The notes under the pieces: model-generated
Database searches by the model: none
What the model was told of the DNA's origin: nothing
What the model saw: the letters and a program-made list of their open reading frames with translations, nothing else
Shown here: in pieces, positions 57,501 through 64,000 of the stretch
Layout of the letters: the number at the start of each line of letters is the position of its first letter
Numbering within the stretch: the stretch's first letter is position 1
Assembly: GCA_030589895.1 (NCBI GenBank)
Contig: JAUUZQ010000002.1
Coordinates: 8,850-72,849 of the forward strand
Direction of reading: 5' to 3'
Source of the DNA: Bacteroidales bacterium
Lineage (GTDB): Bacteria; Bacteroidota; Bacteroidia; Bacteroidales; GCA-2748055
Length of the DNA: 64,000 nucleotides
Program-made: the position numbers and the translations under genes

Positions 57501-58139
57501 TTAGTCACAGATAGGAGAATAATCCACCATATTTCTGGAAATATGGATCATTTTTTTTCTTTCCATCTGTTTTAATAGTCGTGAAATTACCTCTCGGGAA
57601 GTATTTAGTGAAAGTGCTATTTCCTGATGAGAACCTGAAAAAGTGGTTGAGCCATTCGTTTTGTATCTATCGAGGAAAAACCTTTCCAGTCGCTCATCCA
57701 TTTTCAGAAAGGCAACATTGTCCAGTGTATTTAACAGATCATCAAAACGTTTTCTCATTGAAATCATCACAAACTCTTTCCATGTTTGGAAATTTGACAT
57801 CCATTTATCAAGCAATTCAACAGGCAGCACGACAACCGTTGTTTTCTCTTCAGCAATCACTCTGACGCGGCTCGTTGTACGCTCCATACAGCAGCTGAGA
57901 GAGACCGTACATACTTCACCGGGTTTGAGATAATACAACAACAATTCATTACCGTTTTCTTCCATTCTTGTTACCCTGATCAATCCTGAAATCAGAATGG
58001 GAAACGATCGAATATATTGAGCTTCTTCGATTAGAGTATCTCCGGCTTCAACATATTTAAGCAGACCTTCTTCAATAATGGCATCGCGAAGTTCCGTTTC
58101 AAAAAATGGAAAATTCTTCTTTATGACTTCTTCAAGCAT
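57501..58139 (-). CDS. Crp/Fnr-family transcriptional regulator
   Basis: It has a cNMP-binding beta-roll N-terminus and a C-terminal HTH (HQEIALSLNTSREVISRLLKQM). Confidence 0.8.
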   Translation of the reverse strand: MLEEVIKKNFPFFETELRDAIIEEGLLKYVEAGDTLIEEAQYIRSFPILISGLIRVTRMEENGNELLLYYLKPGEVCTVSLSCCMERTTSRVRVIAEEKTTVVVLPVELLDKWMSNFQTWKEFVMISMRKRFDDLLNTLDNVAFLKMDERLERFFLDRYKTNGSTTFSGSHQEIALSLNTSREVISRLLKQMERKKMIHISRNMVDYSPICD

Positions 58140-58146
58140 TTTTCAA

Positions 58147-58205
58147 AGGTAAAAGTAAAAAGGTAAAAGTAAAAAGGTAAAAGTAAAAAGTAAAAAGGTA
58201 AAAGT
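58147..58205. repeat. 14-nt tandem repeat AGGTAAAAGTAAAA, about 4.5 copies, abutting the Crp/Fnr start
   Basis: It has three perfect 14-mers, one 7-nt half unit and one further unit, and begins 8 nt upstream of the start codon. Confidence 0.9.
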
Positions 58206-58230
58206 GGCGATGATATACCAAGCTCAGTTT

Positions 58231-59547
58231 CTATCTCACTTCTCCGGTCTTTAAGCTTATAACCAGGTTATTATCCTGAGGAAAAATATCCTCATATAGC
58301 CCTTTAATGAGTTTCTTCCTGAAAGAGATTATCACACGTCCCTTGAATTTTACACCTTTCAGGTCTAATGGGTGTTTTCCTGTAGGTTCATCTCCTACAT
58401 AATGGGTGACAAATGCTGCTCCAATTTGTCCGGAAAGTTTAGCTGCATCTTCGGGTCTGAGGCCCATGTCGATCATGGTGTTTTCTCCAATTCCAGCAAT
58501 CCCATCATAAACAAATTGTCTGCTATATTCTGTAAAATCATCATCGTAGGAGGGAATTTTATTTATAAAATGAGAGCTGATATACATTGAGTCATTTGCA
58601 ATGCTAATTTCTCTTACCGGACAAGGATAGGTAACGAGAGAACCTGTCTCCACATCGAAAACAAAAGTTTCATCATCCCATTTCTTCATGCTTATATCCT
58701 GTGCATGGTAATGGCCTGTGAAAACTACTTTTATGTTGTATGAAGCCAGTTGTTTTGAGACTTTTTTATAGTCATTGACAATATACTCTCCATAGAATTT
58801 TTCCTGTCCCTTGTAATGTTCCATGATTCCATGGTGCATAAAAGCGATGATTGTTTTTCCATTCTCAACTGCCAGAAGATGAATCTTCTCTACCCAATTG
58901 AGTGTTTCGTCTTTGAACATGCCGTCAGTATGTGGATGGTGGTTTGGCTGATTACCTCTGTATAAGCATGCATCCAGTCCTAACAACCAAAGTCCGGGTG
59001 CCGGTTCCACAACATAGCTTAAGGAATTGGTGTCCCGGTAAAGAGCTTCTTCATATCCCATACCAGCATAGATTTCACTAAATTCCTGTGCATTGATGTT
59101 TTCTACAAGTTCTATGGTATCACCCGGAAAAGAGTTCGATTCTCCATTGGATATGTCATGGTTTCCCGGAACTACAAATACCTGTTTTCCTGAAGCTTCA
59201 ATTTCACTCATCAGTGAGGCAAACTCAAGATGGGAAACTTTTGTACCATCTTTGGTAAGATCTCCCGGTATCATCACAAAGTGTACATCAGACTCTTCAA
59301 CCAGCTTTATTGCTTCCAATAAAAGTTCTCTACTTTCACGAAGTAATTTTCTATCCTGGTCGAGATACTTATCAAATGCTTTTCCGTCAGTTCCCAGGGA
59401 TGGATCATAATAATGCGGATCACTGAATACCATGAAACTAGTATTTACAGTGCTGGTATTGGTATTCTGAGCAGATATGTTCACGGTCATCAGGAACAGG
59501 AGAATCAGTAAATTATTCCTCATAATGGATGTATTTATTTCTTTCAA
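58231..59547 (-). CDS. secreted calcineurin-like metallophosphoesterase
   Basis: It has a signal peptide and the SDPHY, GDLTKDG, GNHD and GHYH motifs. Confidence 0.75.
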   Translation of the reverse strand: MKEINTSIMRNNLLILLFLMTVNISAQNTNTSTVNTSFMVFSDPHYYDPSLGTDGKAFDKYLDQDRKLLRESRELLLEAIKLVEESDVHFVMIPGDLTKDGTKVSHLEFASLMSEIEASGKQVFVVPGNHDISNGESNSFPGDTIELVENINAQEFSEIYAGMGYEEALYRDTNSLSYVVEPAPGLWLLGLDACLYRGNQPNHHPHTDGMFKDETLNWVEKIHLLAVENGKTIIAFMHHGIMEHYKGQEKFYGEYIVNDYKKVSKQLASYNIKVVFTGHYHAQDISMKKWDDETFVFDVETGSLVTYPCPVREISIANDSMYISSHFINKIPSYDDDFTEYSRQFVYDGIAGIGENTMIDMGLRPEDAAKLSGQIGAAFVTHYVGDEPTGKHPLDLKGVKFKGRVIISFRKKLIKGLYEDIFPQDNNLVISLKTGEVR

Positions 59548-59640
59548 ATATCGCTAGTGTTTTGTTATAAATCAAATAATTCTCTCTGATTTCCAGAATA
59601 GTTTAATCTATTATTTAATAATTTAGTTTAAATTGGAAAG

Positions 59641-60693
59641 ATGAAAATATTTCTGCTTCTTTTCGCAGTATTCCTTTCGGCTTGTGCTCAAAAACCGGCC
59701 TTCGAAACATTCCCCAAAATTGATGCTCATGTGCATCTTAATACCACTGATGATTCATTTGTGCAATTACTAAGGGATAATAATCTTATGCTGATGACTC
59801 TGGTAACAGGATCTGTGAGTCAGTCTGAAATTGAGAAAGAGTTTAGGTATGCAAGGGATTTATATAGAGCTCACCCTACTTCTATCGCTTTTGCCACAAC
59901 CTTTAGTATGGATGGTTTTGGGGAGCCGGATTGGGAGGAGAATACGATTAAATGGCTGGGTAAAAGTTTTGATGAGGGAGCCATAGCTGTAAAAGTATGG
60001 AAAGATATTGGGATGGTTTTCAGGGATAAAGAGGATAATTTTATTTTAATAGATGACCCGCGGCTTGATCCGATTTTTGATTTTATTGAATCCCGGGATA
60101 AGACACTTGTAAATCATAATGGTGAGCCTAAAAACTGTTGGCTTCCTTTGGATGAGATGACAGTTTTTGGGGATAGCAGTTATTTTGCAGAACACCCTCA
60201 ATACCATATGTACCTGCATCCGGATTATCCTTCTTATGAGGCTTTGAATGCTGCAAGGGATCGTATGCTGGAGAAACATCCTAATTTGCGGTATGTTGGT
60301 TGTCATTTAGGAAGCCTTGAGTGGAGCGTTGATGAGTTGGCGGAGACACTAGATAAATATTCAAATATGTCGGTTGACATGGCTGCGCGCATTGTTCATT
60401 TTCAGGTTCAGGACAGTGACAAGGTAAGGACATTTATTTTGAAGTACCAGGATAGGGTATTATATGGAACAGATATTCAAATTTCAGAAAAGAATAATAG
60501 TGTAGGAAGTAAAGAGCAGGCTCAAGAGATGTTTGAGGAGGTTTGGTTATTGGACTGGGAATATTTTACTAGTGATAAGCTATTCCAGCAGAAAGACAAA
60601 GATAAAGAGTACAAGGGTTTGAATCTTCCTGAAGAGGTATTGGAAAAGATTTACTATAAAAATGCTATTCGAATGTACCCAGGGTTTGGTTAA
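59641..60693 (+). CDS. amidohydrolase-family (TIM-barrel metal hydrolase) lipoprotein
   Basis: It has a lipobox (LSACAQ), IDAHVHL and later His/Asp ligands. Confidence 0.65.
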   Translation: MKIFLLLFAVFLSACAQKPAFETFPKIDAHVHLNTTDDSFVQLLRDNNLMLMTLVTGSVSQSEIEKEFRYARDLYRAHPTSIAFATTFSMDGFGEPDWEENTIKWLGKSFDEGAIAVKVWKDIGMVFRDKEDNFILIDDPRLDPIFDFIESRDKTLVNHNGEPKNCWLPLDEMTVFGDSSYFAEHPQYHMYLHPDYPSYEALNAARDRMLEKHPNLRYVGCHLGSLEWSVDELAETLDKYSNMSVDMAARIVHFQVQDSDKVRTFILKYQDRVLYGTDIQISEKNNSVGSKEQAQEMFEEVWLLDWEYFTSDKLFQQKDKDKEYKGLNLPEEVLEKIYYKNAIRMYPGFG

Positions 60694-60825
60694 GAAGTAA
60701 TGCAGCATGAAATCAAATTCTGCAATCTAATGTCACCCCCCCTTCCTTCCATCCAACCTTGAATCTCAGACCTGGCATTTTACGTTACTACAACTGAATT
60801 CTTATAAAGAACTCTTTTTTCTCCT

Positions 60826-63246
60826 CTATTCCTTTAACCTGTTCCCAATCTTAATCCCAAGATATACCATTCTTGGTTGTACTGGTCCGTAGATATAGCC
60901 CGGATCCCTGTAAACACCCCGGTCAAAATCGCTTTGGTATGAGTTAAGTACATTTTTCATTCCTGCATGGAACTGTAAATGAGCTCCATTTAGTCTTACA
61001 GTGTATCGAAGTTTAAATCCAAAATCCAAAAAGGGATCAGATGTTTCAAGCACTTCTCCACTTATAATATCTCCATTTGAGATTGCTTCCAATTGAGAAG
61101 GTGTAGCAGATAATGGATCCACTCCAAAATGAGGAATGAGCATTTCGCCCGTGTAATTTCCTGTAACTGATAGTCGTAGTTTTTCCGCCACCTTCCAGTC
61201 AGCAGTTAGAAAACCATAGTTATCAGGAGTCCGCAAAAATTCCACTTCATCAAATTCTTGTGCTTCATCGTAAAAACTTCTTTGAATTGTAAAACCTGCC
61301 TTCAGAGAAATATTTCTGGATGGAATAAAATCACTTTCGATATTTATACCTGCAACAGTTGCCCCGCCATCGGCATTTACACGTGTATAAGTGATTACTC
61401 CTTCTGCATCAGGACTGCTGTATTCATTTGCAAAAGGATCAATTAACCGGGTGTAGAATCCTTCTGCCAGGATAGATAAATATGCATTGCCAACAGTATG
61501 GTTAAAGTCAATTGAAGAGGTCATACTATGACTTGTTTCCTGGGTGAGGTTTGGATCATTTCTGTGTATGATCTGTCGTGAACCGGAGGTCTCAATATGC
61601 AAATCCTCATCGAATATTTGTGGTTCCCTATATCCTTGTGCATAGCTTATTCTACCTTGAAAACTATGGTTGAAGTCAAATAGAATACTCAATCTGGGAC
61701 TGATTGCATTTCCTGTTTTCTTTTTGTCATCTGAAGATGTTTCTGATGCAAGATTGCTTATAGAGTAGTGATCAAAACGGGATCCAATGGATAGTTTCAG
61801 TTGCTTATATTCGATATCGTACTGACCGAAAAATCCAATGGTATTTTTGGTTTGATTGGTTATTAGCAGATTATCAATGTGTGGAATATGAATGATGCTA
61901 CCACCTTCATATTCGATATTATCTATATCGGCGTAGCCAAGTTTATTGTCAATTAATTGATCACCGGTATTTTCCAGTCCAAGTACCAGAGATGAAGTGT
62001 TGAAGTTGGCTTTGTATTGAACACCGGTATTATAGGTAAAACCATGTGTGTTTCCATAGCCTGAGAGGGATTGCATGGAACCATAATATGAATCCCGGTT
62101 TATATATTGTCCTGAAAAGTATACAGACATCAAATCCTGATCTCTGAAGAACTGGTCATAGGTAATCGTGGTATTTGTGATATTATGTTTTACCGATTCT
62201 GCAATGTCGGCTTCATGCAGAGGTTTTTCAAATTTATTGCCACCTCTGCGCTCTTCGGTGATATTCAGAAAATCTACCGAAAGTTTACTTCTGTATCCAA
62301 ATCTGTGAAAAAACCGAGTCCCTAAGGATGTGTTTTTTAGAGAAGATATTTCAGAAAAACCATCGTTATTTGCATCAAATGAATCACGGCTCCTTGTAAA
62401 TCCATAGGCAGATAAACCAGTTTTATGATCATCTGATACAAGGGATGTATTGAAATTCATATTAATATCGGGATTGGCATTTTCAAAACCAATTATGCTT
62501 CCCCCTGAAGAACCAATTTCATAATAGTTGCTAAGCGGATCTTTCAGTATGAGATTTACTGTTCCTGCTATGGCATTGCTCCCAAAAAGTGCTGATCCGC
62601 CTCCGCGAACGACCTCAATTCTCTCAATGATATTTGAAGGGATTAGTTCGAGACCATATACTCCTGCCAAACCGCTGAATACTTGTCTGTTATTTATGAG
62701 TATCTGTGAATATGGACCTTCAAGTCCATTCATTCTAAGTTGTGTAAATCCACAATTCTGACAATTGGTTTCCATCCTCAGACCAGTCAGAAAGTTCAGT
62801 CCTTCACTTAGTGTAACAGACTGGGTTTGGTTAAGAGATTTATAGGATAGGGTACTCACCACGGTTGGTGAATCAGTTCGTTTTTTTGCATTTCGGTCAC
62901 TGGAGATGACCACTTCTTCCAGGCCAAGGACATCTTGTTCAAGTTCGAAATTTACCTCTATTGTTGTGTTGACAAATATGGTAATCTTTTTTTCGAGTGA
63001 TTTATATCCAATGGAAGTTGCAACGAGTGTAATTTCTCCTTCAGGAATATTGTTTATTCTGTAGTGACCGGTTTCATCGGAAACAGTACCCAGCGTAGTC
63101 CCTAATATGGCAATATTAACGAATGGGATATGTTCTCCATTGCAAATGATATGGCCCACAATATTGGCGTCATTTTTTTGTTTTTGTCCTGAAACAGTGT
63201 TAGCAAATGAGGATATCAGAATAAGGAGTAATAAATATTTTTTCAT
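60826..63246 (-). CDS. TonB-dependent receptor with an N-terminal CarboxypepD_reg domain
   Basis: It has a signal peptide, NIVGHIICNGEHIPFVNIAILGT, a plug domain (IERIEVVRGGGSALFGSNAIAGTVNL) and a long beta-barrel. Confidence 0.9.
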   Translation of the reverse strand: MKKYLLLLILISSFANTVSGQKQKNDANIVGHIICNGEHIPFVNIAILGTTLGTVSDETGHYRINNIPEGEITLVATSIGYKSLEKKITIFVNTTIEVNFELEQDVLGLEEVVISSDRNAKKRTDSPTVVSTLSYKSLNQTQSVTLSEGLNFLTGLRMETNCQNCGFTQLRMNGLEGPYSQILINNRQVFSGLAGVYGLELIPSNIIERIEVVRGGGSALFGSNAIAGTVNLILKDPLSNYYEIGSSGGSIIGFENANPDINMNFNTSLVSDDHKTGLSAYGFTRSRDSFDANNDGFSEISSLKNTSLGTRFFHRFGYRSKLSVDFLNITEERRGGNKFEKPLHEADIAESVKHNITNTTITYDQFFRDQDLMSVYFSGQYINRDSYYGSMQSLSGYGNTHGFTYNTGVQYKANFNTSSLVLGLENTGDQLIDNKLGYADIDNIEYEGGSIIHIPHIDNLLITNQTKNTIGFFGQYDIEYKQLKLSIGSRFDHYSISNLASETSSDDKKKTGNAISPRLSILFDFNHSFQGRISYAQGYREPQIFDEDLHIETSGSRQIIHRNDPNLTQETSHSMTSSIDFNHTVGNAYLSILAEGFYTRLIDPFANEYSSPDAEGVITYTRVNADGGATVAGINIESDFIPSRNISLKAGFTIQRSFYDEAQEFDEVEFLRTPDNYGFLTADWKVAEKLRLSVTGNYTGEMLIPHFGVDPLSATPSQLEAISNGDIISGEVLETSDPFLDFGFKLRYTVRLNGAHLQFHAGMKNVLNSYQSDFDRGVYRDPGYIYGPVQPRMVYLGIKIGNRLKE

Positions 63247-63338
63247 TATGAAAATAAAATCTTTGAGGCAGACGCACCCTGTTGAGAAGGTGGCTGAAAA
63301 TGTAATAATTTGAGTAGATGATATAGACGATGTAATGC

Positions 63339-63695
63339 CTAGAGCATTACCGGTGACATGGGAGGAGCTCTTCCTGTTGGAAGTGAACCCAATTTGGCAA
63401 GGTAGAGGTCGGAAACTGATAAAGATTTTCTTATTTTAAAACTGCTGGCAATGAAAACAAAACTTAGCAGAAGGAGTATGTATTCCACCGACAAATTATC
63501 CAGGTACAAGAGTTCCTGTTTTGTATGTTTGTGAGGAACGGGCTTGTCAGCCATGGCCTTTTTGAATGGATGGGCATGAACTATTTGCGTTCCATCATCA
63601 AGAATATGAATATGTACAAAGAGGGTATTATTCAGAACAAATAACCCCATTGTTAGTATGACGGTCAGCGATATGAGCTTACGAAGTAATTTCAT
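63339..63695 (-). CDS. small His-rich membrane protein upstream of the TonB receptor
   Basis: It has an N-terminal transmembrane helix, then FVHIHILDDGTQIVHAHPFKKAMADKPVPHKHTKQE and a second helix. Its position suggests cotranscription with the receptor. Confidence 0.45.
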   Translation of the reverse strand: MKLLRKLISLTVILTMGLFVLNNTLFVHIHILDDGTQIVHAHPFKKAMADKPVPHKHTKQELLYLDNLSVEYILLLLSFVFIASSFKIRKSLSVSDLYLAKLGSLPTGRAPPMSPVML

Positions 63696-63920
63696 CAACT
63701 GCAAAAGTATACTATTTACTTCAGATGGCTATCACTATATCAAGGTATTTTGTATGCGTATAATCTCTACCTGCTATTATTAGGGTGAGTTTTGTATAAA
63801 AATAGTTGTTTAGTTACATGAAATAAAAAGGAAATATTGGTTTTGCTCTTGGCGATTAATGGTATTAGGCTAAATTTGTTATTTTCTACGGGAAATTCAC
63901 AATAGGTTTATAAATTTTAC

Positions 63921-64000
63921 ATGAAAACATATACCAATCTACAACTTTATTCGCTTGTTTTACTCAGGATATTGATTGGATGGCATCTTCTCTATGAAGG
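63921..64000 (+). CDS. DoxX-like membrane protein, N-terminal fragment (runs off the window)
   Basis: MKTYTNLQLYSLVLLRILIGWHLLYEG resembles the DoxX first-helix motif. Confidence 0.4.
   Translation, partial: MKTYTNLQLYSLVLLRILIGWHLLYE

Noticed and set aside
63247-63338. Possible cobalamin or TPP riboswitch in front of the TonB-dependent receptor
   Set aside because: I could not find the B12 box context (AGGGAA...GGTG...GCCACTG) or the TPP CTGAGA/ACCTGA elements. Only a 4-5-bp cacc/ggtg stem is present. A covariance-model scan would be the decisive test.
1-64000. Mobile elements, prophage, defence systems, tRNA/rRNA genes
   Set aside because: I looked for transposase, integrase and recombinase motifs, terminal inverted repeats around islands, cloverleaf-like GC-rich segments and cas-like genes, and found none. 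The cytochrome island shows no obvious compositional break or flanking repeats by eye.

Overview
This AT-rich 64-kb window looks like Bacteroidota chromosome. Supporting signs are a type III glutamine synthetase, DUF2851/DUF3109/DUF4294-like proteins, an OmpA-TPR-PD40 protein, a CarboxypepD_reg-TonB receptor, SPOR domains, and TAnnTTTG -7 boxes upstream of many genes. Most of the window is ordinary housekeeping: prfA, pyrF, sucC, pnp, rpsO, gcvP, pcm, ssb, purM-like, an acyl-CoA carboxylase trio, Dcp and an M20 dipeptidase. I saw no rRNA, tRNA, CRISPR array, transposase, integrase or recognisable defence genes. The standout is a seven-gene multihaem cytochrome island at 34.2-41.8 kb with 31 CXXCH motifs. 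It contains a 934-aa protein fusing 19 haem-c sites to a polytopic cytochrome-b-like membrane domain. Next to it is a split heptahaem-c plus cytochrome-b pair, a small beta-barrel paired with a monohaem lipoprotein, and a tetrahaem cytochrome with an OB-fold-like lipoprotein. The architecture resembles quinol:multihaem-cytochrome modules used for extracellular electron transfer, but the function is unproven. Three clearly decayed genes are present: a roughly 260-bp relic of an S9A prolyl oligopeptidase, a frameshifted and N-terminally truncated SpoIIE/PP2C phosphatase, and a potassium-channel RCK fragment. Several intergenic spacers consist of short tandem repeats: 8-nt x ~10, 14-nt x ~4.5, 15-nt x 4, 66-nt x ~2.1 and a degenerate 7-8-nt C/A-rich array. 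A ~50-nt motif is shared by two promoter regions. A 1306-aa triple-SPOR protein carries near-perfect 45-nt coding repeats. All coordinates of small elements were counted by hand, and all family assignments come from motif recognition, not from searches.
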